Shown: piece by piece, positions 1 through 9,060 of the stretch
Position numbering within the stretch: position 1 is the stretch's first letter
How the letters are laid out: each line of letters begins with the position of its first letter
DNA from: a virus
Lineage: Duplodnaviria; Caudoviricetes
Direction: 5' to 3' (one strand)
IMG/VR virus record: IMGVR_UViG_3300017780_001544
Location: 2,497-66,496 of that record
DNA: 64,000 nt
The notes under the pieces: model-generated
What the model was told of the DNA's origin: nothing
Database searches by the model: none
What the model saw: the letters and a program-made list of their open reading frames with translations, nothing else
Position numbers and translations under genes: made by a program

Positions 1-3000
1 CTGCCGTTCTCCCATAACATCGCCGGTAAAGTTTTGGTTGTACATCCCGCGCTGGTCACCACCATTCCACAGAGCCTTAAGCACTTCCCGCATTTCAGGG
101 TCGTGATGGTTGTTGATGTAGCCGCTATCACCCATAGAAGGCTGGCCCCAGTTAGTGAGGACATTGCCGTCTTCATCAACTTTCGAGGTACCCATCAGGT
201 TATAGAAGTGGGACATATACCGTATCGCGTGGGCGGGGGCACGCCAACCGTAATCCCGTGTAAGGGCTGACATACCGACAGTCGTAAGCTGCAGAGGTTG
301 GATGATGGCCGTCTTGAGAGCGGTCATGGTGTAATAGAATACGGCACGGTTCGCCGTGGTCGCCATAAATTCCGCAAATGAGTTACCCTGAGTAGGGGCA
401 ATCTGACGCCCAGCAAACTCGGCCATCTGATCGACATAGGGCTTCAGCCTGTCTTGCTCAGGATCGTTCTGGATAAGAGCGTAGGCCATAGCAAGGTTGT
501 CACGTACAGTGTTACCATGCTCAAGACGCGCAAGGCGGCTGGCTGCTGCTTTCTGCGTGATGTCGAAGGTACGCAGGGTATTAGCCGTGAAACCTGTCAC
601 ACCTTTACGCCGCTGCATGGCTGCACCCTGCATGGTCGCTGGCATCGTCTGGATAAACATCTGGGTAACCTGCTCTTTGACAGCTTTGATGTCAGGTAGG
701 TTACCTGCATCAAGCTCGTTGAGCAGCGACTGCATCAGGTTGGTAGGGTCGTTCTCTACGATGTCCTTCTGTAAATCGTTTGCGGTATCGCCAGAACTAA
801 TTTCACCTGAGCGAATTATATCGTCATACGAACGCGTATCGCCGTTCTCGACCATTTCATCATGCCGTTCACGCATAGCAAGGTCGCGTTCAACCTGACT
901 GGTGAACTGGTGGTACTCACGGCTTTCACCAGTGCCGACGCGCATCCAGTAATCACCTTCACGCCCAAGCGGGAAGTAGAGGCCAACCTTTTCAGCTTCA
1001 GCAAATACATCTTTTATGTTTTTGGTAGCAGCAGCCTTGCGGGCATCAGAGAGGCCCGACTGGTCGATACGCTTTATCATCGCTGCAAGCTGGCGATCAA
1101 AAGTTTCCCGATAAGCTTTAGCAGCCATATCAAAGATTTTCTGGCCTTCACCGTTGCCGTTTGCGGGGGCCGCAAGGGCGTCCCAGTTTTTGTACACCAG
1201 TTCAGCTAGTTCAGTACGGGCTTTAATCCGGTTGTTTTTAGCACGCTGCCCCAGCTTAGGGTCTGCGATGATTGCCTTGATCTTCTCGTCCTGTGCGATG
1301 AAGTCACGGACGTTGGACGCAAGGCGCGGGTCGATATTGTACAGGGTAGCAAGGTTCATTACGTCAGAAAGAAACGCAGCACCTTCCTTGAACTTACCAT
1401 TGAATTTGCTCCAACGATAAGTCTGCTTGGCTAACGTAGCCCGCATAGCTGTGGAAGCGTAACGCATCTGCTGCATTCCCAGCGCTACCTTATCGAGACG
1501 GTAACCAAGCGCCCTCGACTGGCGCTTTGCCAAGCGAAGCACGTTATCGGGAGTGAGAAACTGCAGCATAATACGGCCACGCTTAGTCGTGATAACGTTG
1601 GGGATGATGCGCATTAGATGGTTAAGTCGGCGGCTGCTGCGCTGTACTGACATAATAATCGAAGCAGCTTTGTTAGCGTTGCCCGGGTTGCGTGAACGCC
1701 TAAGCATCTCCTCAGCCCGCTGCAGTTCTTTGCTCGGCCCAGTCTTCTTTTTGCGAGCGTAGCGCTGGCCGGTTTCACCTTCTTGCGTACCGTTAATGGC
1801 CATATCGTGTGCACGCGAGAGGATAGCTTCGACCTCAGCATCACTGAAGTTCGACTTGATACCGATACGGCGACCGACATCCTTGATGACCCCAGCAATC
1901 TTGGTCAGCAGGCTAGCTTCAATTTTACCGGCTTCTGACCGCTGCGCTAGGATTTCCTCTACTGCACGGGCAAGGGGGTCTGGGTCATTGGGGTATGCGT
2001 CGGGGTTCTCAGCAATGAACGCATCAGTATCATCACGCAGCTTCTTATTGCCGCGATACATTTCCTTGAGGCGAGTATCGAGACGGCTACGGAACAACCG
2101 CGCCAAACCAACGTGCCCCAAGACTTCGTGGTACAAGGTAGCCACCGCGTCAGCAGCATCAGCAAGCTGGTCGGCAATAAGATGTACCTGCCCATCAAGG
2201 GTAGTGATACCGGCTGCATCTGTCGCGCCATCCGCCTCGGCCTGCTGCTGGGCTTCGGGGGGTAGGTCGGCAAATGACTGCACCACATTAGGAGTAGCAC
2301 CAATACCCTTAGCGGCTACACCCACAGCAGCTTGCGCATCGGTGAGCGGAATGCCTACATTCTCAGTGCCGGGGCGATAGCGTTGATTGAACCGGTCTTC
2401 GGCTTCGCTCATCTGCTCTTCGCCGTACCGGTCTTTGTTTTGCTGGAGTGTTTGCGCTATCTTTTCGACAGGCACACGACGGGTGGACGCTGCAAGTTTG
2501 AGCAGCTTGTACGCTTTGTCGTCGATCTCTTCGTCAATAAGCGCCGTTTCAATTTCGTCCAGCATAGCGTCATAAGGGTCAACCTCGGGCGCAGCCTCTT
2601 CAACTGCTACTTCAGGTGCGACTTCTTCGGCCACAGCTTCTTCTACGGGCGTAGGTGCGGCCTCTTCCTGTACAGCTTCCTGTACAACTTCGGGTGCGGC
2701 TTCCTCGGTTACTGGCTCAGCCGTGCGTTGGGTTTCGTACTCCATACCAGCCTTATAGGCATCCAGAGCTTCTTGCCCTTGCGCATCAAGGATTTGCTGG
2801 TCAGTCAGTGGTTCGGCACCACGCTGTACATCGCGTACACCTTCACTGAACATCGCTGGGTCAAGGCCACGGTTTACCGCTTCTTGCTGTGGTGTAAGAG
2901 GTGCGGCCTCTTCGGCTACTGGCTCAGGCTCAGCTACCGCTTCTTCAACAGGTGCAGGGGCTTCCACAATACCGACATCACGCGCTGCTGTCTCAGCCAG

Positions 3001-5211
3001 CGAAGGAATAACGCTACCAGTAGGTGCAGTTGCCTGCTCGATAGCCGCTGCAACAGGAGCCACCGCAACTTGGTCAACCGAAGGTGGTCCGGGAACAATC
3101 GGAGTAGCCGGAGCTTCCATTTCAGGCTGCGGAGTAATAGCCGCAAGCTGGGTTTTGTTAAGGACTGCGTTGATAGCTGCAGCAGCATCAGGCTGACGAC
3201 CATTCGCAAGCTGGTTCTTTGCCATCGCCTGCTGCCGGTCTGTAATCTCAAGGCCAGCAAGAGTGGGGTCGTTGGTTATCGTATCCGCCACAAGCTGCTG
3301 CGCAACCACAGTCCGCTGCTTAAGTGGGGCCGACATATCAAGAACAGGTGCGGCCTCAACGGTATCAAGCGCGGGGGCAGGAGTAATTTCAATTGGGTTG
3401 GCGGTATCCGCAATCGGAGCCGTTATATCAGCAGCAGTAGGTGCAACCGGCGCGGTGGTAGGTGCAGCCGTAGTAGCCGCTGCGCGTTCGGCGCGCTCAA
3501 GCACGCTACCGATAGCATCAATCGGCGCGATACCGGGCGACGAGACAACAAGCTCTGCAACAGCATTGCGGATTTCCGGCGTAAGCTCGGTGACCCCGTA
3601 CTCAGTCTCGATGTCGTCTGCGTATTCCGCAAACTCGGCGTCGATAACTGGTAAAGCTTCCGCTACCTTCTCAGGAGTAACTGCCTGTAGTGATGCAGGT
3701 GTTGTAGTAGGGGTAGCAACATTAGTCCCCGGGGCGTTAACGTCAGCTACGCTAACTGTAGGCGCAGCCGCTGGCGCACCACCCGAAGGAGTTATCACCC
3801 CAAGCTCATCGCCGGAAACACCGATAGTGCTAGGTAGGGCGCGGCTGGCTTGGATCATTGCCTGATCCTCAGTCATACCTTCAGCTACGTATTTATTGAC
3901 CAGCGCGCTGTAGGTAGCACCAATCGACTCTTCGTCGAGTTCAATACCCGCAGCCTTAGCCTGTCGTGCAAGCTCGCGTTCGGCTCCCTTTTGTACTCGG
4001 TTTCGCAGCGCAGTTGCACCCGCACCCGCAGCGGTATTGATACTAGCACCCGCTACACCGCCGATACCTTCAGCAATGGCGGAGTCAAATACCCGCACAA
4101 GGTTATCTTTGGTAAGGATGTCGCCCTTCTGCTCACCAATGTTACGTTCACCCGCAATGGCAACAGCTTCCTGCGCGCCACCGGTAAGGACTTCCTCACC
4201 AATTTCTCTGGGCGCACGGCGAACACCTTCCTTAACCGCTTCCCTCACTGTCCTAGAGGCGACTTCGCTACCAAGCTCCTTAACCAAGCTCTTCCTAAGA
4301 ATGGTACCGGCGGGACCAGCAAGGTCGAGCGCACCGGTAGCGATGGCGACCATAGCTGTCGTGTCTTGGGTCTTCTTTAGGTAATCCCCGATTGCAGCAG
4401 CCTGCTCCTCAGGAGGCAAACTCTTTACCTGTTCTTGAATAAAGCGGATGCGTTGTTCCGTACCCTGAGCGTAAGTCATCGAACCGCTGACTGCGGCGGT
4501 AGCAACAGGCGACCTTGTGAGTGCTGCTGTACCCATAACGGCAGCAAGCTGGGGCAGCACAGCACCTGCAGTCCCACCTACATAATCGCGGAGGTCTGCA
4601 AGGCTACCAACGTCGCTAGCGCGCCCGACACGCGCTTGGTACGGGGCCATCTTTGCGGCTTCCTTAGCCTGCTCAGCAACACCTGCTTTTACGTCTTCCA
4701 CATCTCGTTTTTGGAATTTAGCAAAACGATCCCGCATAGCCTGACGTTCTTTTGGGGACGCATTTGCGTATGCGTATGCCGCACGTTCGGGGCCGGTACC
4801 TACGATCCTTGGGTCACTTGCGGCTCCTTCGCTAATTGCAGCGGCAGCAGCGGGGGACATAAACTCTTTGGGTTTGTACTTACCGGCATCAATCTGATTG
4901 AACAGGTTGAGCGTATCTTTCCATTCCGTTGCACCAGCCGCAGACATCTGCAGCCCAAAAGCCGAAGGGACATTAGAAAGCTGATTAAGTCCGGTACGCA
5001 ACCCCTTACCAAGCTCGGAGAAGAAACCGCCTTCATCCTGACTGCCGTCTTTAACAGGCGCAGGTTGAGCGGCGGCCTGCGCGGTAGGCGCAGCCTTAGC
5101 AGTTTCTTTTTCGTGGGTCATGTTTGCCCACTGCCACGCCGTGTTAGCGTCCGGGGCAGTTACAAGATACTCAGCATCGCCAACCTTAACTTTGTACTTG
5201 GCGTCTGGCAT
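1..5211 (-). CDS. Giant internal virion/ejection protein (>=1737 aa, truncated at left edge) with zincin-like metallopeptidase (MPTase-type) domain
   Basis: Not in the ORF track. ATG at 5211 directly follows the TAA of the upstream gene (TAAATG). I read the frame to base 1 and found no stop. Starts MPDAKYKVKVGDAEYLV. Contains an Ala/Pro/Glu-rich linker (~2600-3800) and LYHEVLGHVGL...AVEEILA (2137-1945). Last gene of the ejection-protein cluster. Confidence 0.85.
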   Translation of the reverse strand, partial: MPDAKYKVKVGDAEYLVTAPDANTAWQWANMTHEKETAKAAPTAQAAAQPAPVKDGSQDEGGFFSELGKGLRTGLNQLSNVPSAFGLQMSAAGATEWKDTLNLFNQIDAGKYKPKEFMSPAAAAAISEGAASDPRIVGTGPERAAYAYANASPKERQAMRDRFAKFQKRDVEDVKAGVAEQAKEAAKMAPYQARVGRASDVGSLADLRDYVGGTAGAVLPQLAAVMGTAALTRSPVATAAVSGSMTYAQGTEQRIRFIQEQVKSLPPEEQAAAIGDYLKKTQDTTAMVAIATGALDLAGPAGTILRKSLVKELGSEVASRTVREAVKEGVRRAPREIGEEVLTGGAQEAVAIAGERNIGEQKGDILTKDNLVRVFDSAIAEGIGGVAGASINTAAGAGATALRNRVQKGAERELARQAKAAGIELDEESIGATYSALVNKYVAEGMTEDQAMIQASRALPSTIGVSGDELGVITPSGGAPAAAPTVSVADVNAPGTNVATPTTTPASLQAVTPEKVAEALPVIDAEFAEYADDIETEYGVTELTPEIRNAVAELVVSSPGIAPIDAIGSVLERAERAAATTAAPTTAPVAPTAADITAPIADTANPIEITPAPALDTVEAAPVLDMSAPLKQRTVVAQQLVADTITNDPTLAGLEITDRQQAMAKNQLANGRQPDAAAAINAVLNKTQLAAITPQPEMEAPATPIVPGPPSVDQVAVAPVAAAIEQATAPTGSVIPSLAETAARDVGIVEAPAPVEEAVAEPEPVAEEAAPLTPQQEAVNRGLDPAMFSEGVRDVQRGAEPLTDQQILDAQGQEALDAYKAGMEYETQRTAEPVTEEAAPEVVQEAVQEEAAPTPVEEAVAEEVAPEVAVEEAAPEVDPYDAMLDEIETALIDEEIDDKAYKLLKLAASTRRVPVEKIAQTLQQNKDRYGEEQMSEAEDRFNQRYRPGTENVGIPLTDAQAAVGVAAKGIGATPNVVQSFADLPPEAQQQAEADGATDAAGITTLDGQVHLIADQLADAADAVATLYHEVLGHVGLARLFRSRLDTRLKEMYRGNKKLRDDTDAFIAENPDAYPNDPDPLARAVEEILAQRSEAGKIEASLLTKIAGVIKDVGRRIGIKSNFSDAEVEAILSRAHDMAINGTQEGETGQRYARKKKTGPSKELQRAEEMLRRSRNPGNANKAASIIMSVQRSSRRLNHLMRIIPNVITTKRGRIMLQFLTPDNVLRLAKRQSRALGYRLDKVALGMQQMRYASTAMRATLAKQTYRWSKFNGKFKEGAAFLSDVMNLATLYNIDPRLASNVRDFIAQDEKIKAIIADPKLGQRAKNNRIKARTELAELVYKNWDALAAPANGNGEGQKIFDMAAKAYRETFDRQLAAMIKRIDQSGLSDARKAAATKNIKDVFAEAEKVGLYFPLGREGDYWMRVGTGESREYHQFTSQVERDLAMRERHDEMVENGDTRSYDDIIRSGEISSGDTANDLQKDIVENDPTNLMQSLLNELDAGNLPDIKAVKEQVTQMFIQTMPATMQGAAMQRRKGVTGFTANTLRTFDITQKAAASRLARLEHGNTVRDNLAMAYALIQNDPEQDRLKPYVDQMAEFAGRQIAPTQGNSFAEFMATTANRAVFYYTMTALKTAIIQPLQLTTVGMSALTRDYGWRAPAHAIRYMSHFYNLMGTSKVDEDGNVLTNWGQPSMGDSGYINNHHDPEMREVLKALWNGGDQRGMYNQNFTGDVMGERQ

Positions 5212-6588
5212 TTACTTTCCTACTCTCTCAACCGCCCCCGGTGGAGGTGGCCCATACCCACTACCACCACCACCACCTGTGGTTCGCATACCAATAAGTG
5301 TATCACGGAACCATGTTGGGAACCTACCCTCTGCCTCAGCAGCTTTAGCAGCCTTATTGAGAGGACCACCAAAGCCAATGAGACCTTCGAGAACCTTTTG
5401 GTTTGCGTTATCCTGCTGCAAGACTTCGCGTTCGTAGCCGTACTTCGCCGCACCCAACGTACCCTGCATACCCATCATAGCACTAAAGTTCGACGCGCCA
5501 GCCGAAAGCTTAGCAATATAACGCTTGGTAGCATCATCCATCTGCGCCCAGCGTTCCTTGAAGGAGTTGTCCTGCAAAGCCTGAGCAAGCGAACCATACT
5601 TGGTCTGCATATCCAGAGCGATACCCGCAGCTTCCTTAGCTTCCTTGTTGCTAAGACCTTCCTGCTCCTGCAGGTTCTTAAGCAACTGACGTTGGTCAGC
5701 TTTACGTTCCTTAGCCGAGGCACGAATACCGGGCAGAGCCTCAGCCATACCAGCACTAGCAGCCTGCAGGAACGAGCCGGGGGTGGAAGCCATCTTGGCA
5801 CCAATCTGCCCCAAAGCCATCCACATATCTTCCTTCTTGGCTTTCTTAATGCTCTCAGGAGTAAGCTCTTCCTCATAGGCCGCTGTCAGACGGTCCTGTT
5901 GCTTTGTCTGAGGAGTATACATGTCCTGATAATTGGTAAGGTTGGTCATCAGGTCGCCGCTCATGCCAAAGATGCTATTAGGGCTATCGAACGCAGCCGC
6001 TGCGCCAAGAGACCTAGCCGGAGCAACTTTCTGCGGCGCGTTAACTATAATACCATTCCGTGCCGCTTCTTCGGCTGCTAGTTGTTCAGGTGTTTTTACT
6101 TCACCCTCAGCACCCGTAGAAAACGCAACGATACCACCGCTGGCATAGCCACCGTTGTTTGGTTCATCAAACATGGCATCGGGGATAGGGAGGTCAGTCA
6201 GACCGCCAGAAGCATACGGCGGAACCATGCCGCCCATAGCCATACCGGGAGGTGGAGCGCTAGGCTGACCCATAGCAGGAGGCTGACCCATAGGCGGAGC
6301 CATCTGTGCAGCTTGCGGAGTAGCACCAAGACCAGCCGGAGCGCCCATAGGTGGAGCCGGAGGAGCAGCTTGGGGCTGCGGAGCCATAACCTGTTGAGCA
6401 ACAGTTTGCTGTGGCGTCTGCTCCTGCTGCGCAGCGGAACGCATACGGTCAATGAACATACCAGCCAGCGTACCCGCAGTCGGGTCAATGATACCCATCT
6501 GCATGGCCTGAGCAATCTTCTGCTTGTTGCCAGCGTACTGCTTGGCGATTGCTTCAGGAGACTGAATGCTGAACGGTTTAGTTTCCAT
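5212..6588 (-). CDS. Internal virion (ejection) protein, 458 aa
   Basis: Pro/Gln/Ala-rich N-terminal part with MAMGG and two YASGG motifs, helical Lys/Glu-rich middle. Lies between the pilot-like protein and the giant virion protein. Confidence 0.7.
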   Translation of the reverse strand: METKPFSIQSPEAIAKQYAGNKQKIAQAMQMGIIDPTAGTLAGMFIDRMRSAAQQEQTPQQTVAQQVMAPQPQAAPPAPPMGAPAGLGATPQAAQMAPPMGQPPAMGQPSAPPPGMAMGGMVPPYASGGLTDLPIPDAMFDEPNNGGYASGGIVAFSTGAEGEVKTPEQLAAEEAARNGIIVNAPQKVAPARSLGAAAAFDSPNSIFGMSGDLMTNLTNYQDMYTPQTKQQDRLTAAYEEELTPESIKKAKKEDMWMALGQIGAKMASTPGSFLQAASAGMAEALPGIRASAKERKADQRQLLKNLQEQEGLSNKEAKEAAGIALDMQTKYGSLAQALQDNSFKERWAQMDDATKRYIAKLSAGASNFSAMMGMQGTLGAAKYGYEREVLQQDNANQKVLEGLIGFGGPLNKAAKAAEAEGRFPTWFRDTLIGMRTTGGGGGSGYGPPPPGAVERVGK

Positions 6589-6590
6589 GA

Positions 6591-8618
6591 TTATCCACCC
6601 GCGAAAGTCTTATAGATGCTGGCTGCGCCAAGGCCCGTACCCATGATCTGCTGAGCGAGACCCGGATTAGGGTTTGACTGCGTTGAAGTCGTGTTTGGCT
6701 GTATAGGGACACCCTGCAGCAAGCTGCTGTACTGCTGCAGTTGCTGGTTGTAATAGTCCCGCTGGTTCAGGAAGTCCTGATACTGCTGGGACATCGTTTC
6801 CTGCTGCAATGCCTGCTGCTGAGCCGCTGTCGCCTGCTGCTGGTTGTACATGGCCAAGTCGCTCTGCTGCTGCGCACTGCCGAGGTTGGCGAGTGTCTGA
6901 GCCGACTGGTTAGCCTGAGCCAAACCTGCCAGCCCCTGCTGCGCACCAAACTGACGCGACTGCTCCGCAAGCTTCTGAGCTTCGAGGTTAAACTGCTGGT
7001 TCGACTGGAGTGCAGCAAGACCCGTCTGGGCACCAAGCTGCTGTGTCTGCAGCGCAGCGTTAAGGTTCTGCTGGCCAGTGTTAAAGCCCATCTGCTGATT
7101 AGCCATAGCGGCCTGCAGCGCCTGCTGCTGGTTAAGACCCTGCTGTTGAAGCTGAGCCGCTTGGTTCTGCACGTTAGCCTGCTGGGCAGAAGACAGGTTA
7201 GCCAACGCCGCTTGAAGACCCGTCTGGATGCCAAGCTGCTGCGTCTGTAGGTTAGCGCTAAGGTTCTGCTGGCCGGTGGTAAGACCCGCCTGCTGGTTAG
7301 CCAACGCCGCCTGCATTGCCTGCTGGGCGTTCATCCCCTGCGCTTGGAACTGCTGTGCCTGATTATTGACCCGCGCCTGCTGCTCGTTCGTGAGGTTAGC
7401 CAACGCCATCTGGGCACCGGTCTGGGTGCCAAGCTGCTGGGTCTGAAGCTGTGAAGCTAGGTTCTGCTGACCGCGTGTAACGTCTACACCTTGGTTAGCT
7501 AGCGCCGCCTGCATCGCCTGCTGTGAGTTCATACCGTTCGCTTGGAACTGCAAAGCCTGATTGTTAACCGCAGCCTGCTGCTCGTTGCTAAGGTTCGCAA
7601 GAGTGGCCTGCAATCCCGACTGGGTACCCAACTGCTGGACGCCAAGACGAGCCGCAAGGTTCTGCTGACCTGCCTGCTGCTGCGCAGCCTGCTCTGTGTT
7701 GAACTGCTGCTGCGCGTTCTGGAACGCTTGCTGCGACCCCTGAGCTTGGATTTGCCCAAGCTGAGAGCCAAGGTTGCGCTCACGCTCGGTACCAGCAAGA
7801 AGCTGACGGGCACCACCATATGTACCTTGACGTACAGAGCCGAGGTTCTGGGCAAGCTGCCCCTTCTGCGCATCACGGATTGCTTCGCTCTTTTGAACGT
7901 CAACCACATTCTGCATGTACGGCGACATGTACTGCGAAGCTTGCGTGGAACCGAAGCTGCCCGGACCCTCCATCTGGAAGTAGTTCAGGTTAGGCTGGTA
8001 CCCAGTCTGCGCGGCCTGCATCGTAGGCGCGCTGGTGTTCTGCCCTGCGACATCCCGCACGTTACCCATCTGGTAAGCATTTAGGTTCGGGTTGTACCCC
8101 GTCTGCGCAGCCTGCATGTCTTGCGCCTGTACATTGTTACCCTGTACATTATCCGGCTGCTGCATCTGATAATTAGTCAGGCTTGGGTTAAACCCTGTCT
8201 GAGCAGTAGCCATCTGGGGGGCATTCTGCATCATAGCCTGTACGTCATTCGGACCCTGCATAGCATACTGGTTAAGAGTAGGCTGGCCAATCTGCTGGGC
8301 GTTGAACTGGTTCGGGTTATATTGGCCTGCCTGAAGCGCGCCAAGACCGGCAGTGGCAGCAAGCTGTGAGCCTGCGCCAAACTGACCCGGCGTCTGCTGG
8401 CTCAAGATGTTCTGCTGAAGCTGCTGCTGTTGGGGTGTGAACCCCGCGATGCGCTGGATGGGGTTACCGCTAGCGTCTTGATACGGTTGGTAAGGCGTGG
8501 TCAGGTTTGCCTGCGCACGGTTCATAAGGTCCTGATAATACGGCTGTGCGTAAGCCGGGAGGTTAGACGTCTCCGACTTCACATACTGTGTGCTAGTGCC
8601 ACCTCCACCACTGGACAT
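6591..8618 (-). CDS. Gln/Asn-rich DNA pilot/ejection protein, 675 aa
   Basis: MSSGGGG start, YMSPYMQNVVD...GTYGGARQ segment typical of podovirus pilot proteins, internal 32-aa and 66-aa repeats, C-terminal Gly-rich hydrophobic tail (GTGLGAASIYKTF). Confidence 0.75.
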   Translation of the reverse strand: MSSGGGGTSTQYVKSETSNLPAYAQPYYQDLMNRAQANLTTPYQPYQDASGNPIQRIAGFTPQQQQLQQNILSQQTPGQFGAGSQLAATAGLGALQAGQYNPNQFNAQQIGQPTLNQYAMQGPNDVQAMMQNAPQMATAQTGFNPSLTNYQMQQPDNVQGNNVQAQDMQAAQTGYNPNLNAYQMGNVRDVAGQNTSAPTMQAAQTGYQPNLNYFQMEGPGSFGSTQASQYMSPYMQNVVDVQKSEAIRDAQKGQLAQNLGSVRQGTYGGARQLLAGTERERNLGSQLGQIQAQGSQQAFQNAQQQFNTEQAAQQQAGQQNLAARLGVQQLGTQSGLQATLANLSNEQQAAVNNQALQFQANGMNSQQAMQAALANQGVDVTRGQQNLASQLQTQQLGTQTGAQMALANLTNEQQARVNNQAQQFQAQGMNAQQAMQAALANQQAGLTTGQQNLSANLQTQQLGIQTGLQAALANLSSAQQANVQNQAAQLQQQGLNQQQALQAAMANQQMGFNTGQQNLNAALQTQQLGAQTGLAALQSNQQFNLEAQKLAEQSRQFGAQQGLAGLAQANQSAQTLANLGSAQQQSDLAMYNQQQATAAQQQALQQETMSQQYQDFLNQRDYYNQQLQQYSSLLQGVPIQPNTTSTQSNPNPGLAQQIMGTGLGAASIYKTFAGG

Positions 8619-8619
8619 A

Positions 8620-9060
8620 TTATTCTCCTAGCCCTTCTTCACCCATGGGTAGCTCAAACATCTGCCACATGGGGCGGTAGCCATCATCCTTGAAAATCTT
8701 GGCCCAACCAAGACGCGCACAGGACTCTATACCGTTACAGTTATTGTCGTAAGCCCAACGTTGCAAAATGTCGAGCATTTGATCTTTCCACTCCATACCT
8801 TCGTCGCCACCAATGAAGGAAAGCTCAAGGTATGTTTTGCGTGGGTATTGCCGAATGGCGGTTACCATCGAGCCGAGTACACGATTTCCCGTAAACACAA
8901 TCCAAAGGTTATGGTTGCGGTGCATCAACGCATCGTAGATGTCTTCAATAGCGTAGCGTCCGTTAGTCATTTCCACTGCACGTTCCATGAACGGCTCAAC
9001 AGACTCCCATGCGGCAGGCACATGCTCCGGGGGTACTAGGCTGATATGGATGTCGCTCAT
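8620..9060 (-). CDS. GNAT-fold (acetyltransferase-like) protein of the ejection cluster, 146 aa
   Basis: LWIVF...LELSFIGG...IESCARLGWAKIF pattern resembles GNAT-like phage proteins found beside internal virion genes. Confidence 0.6.
   Translation of the reverse strand: MSDIHISLVPPEHVPAAWESVEPFMERAVEMTNGRYAIEDIYDALMHRNHNLWIVFTGNRVLGSMVTAIRQYPRKTYLELSFIGGDEGMEWKDQMLDILQRWAYDNNCNGIESCARLGWAKIFKDDGYRPMWQMFELPMGEEGLGE

Noticed and set aside
2332-6081. Long plus-strand ORFs (440 aa at 2332, 548 aa at 4435)
   Set aside because: They are in-register antisense shadows of the real minus-strand virion genes, with implausible Cys/Arg/Phe-rich composition and no RBS.
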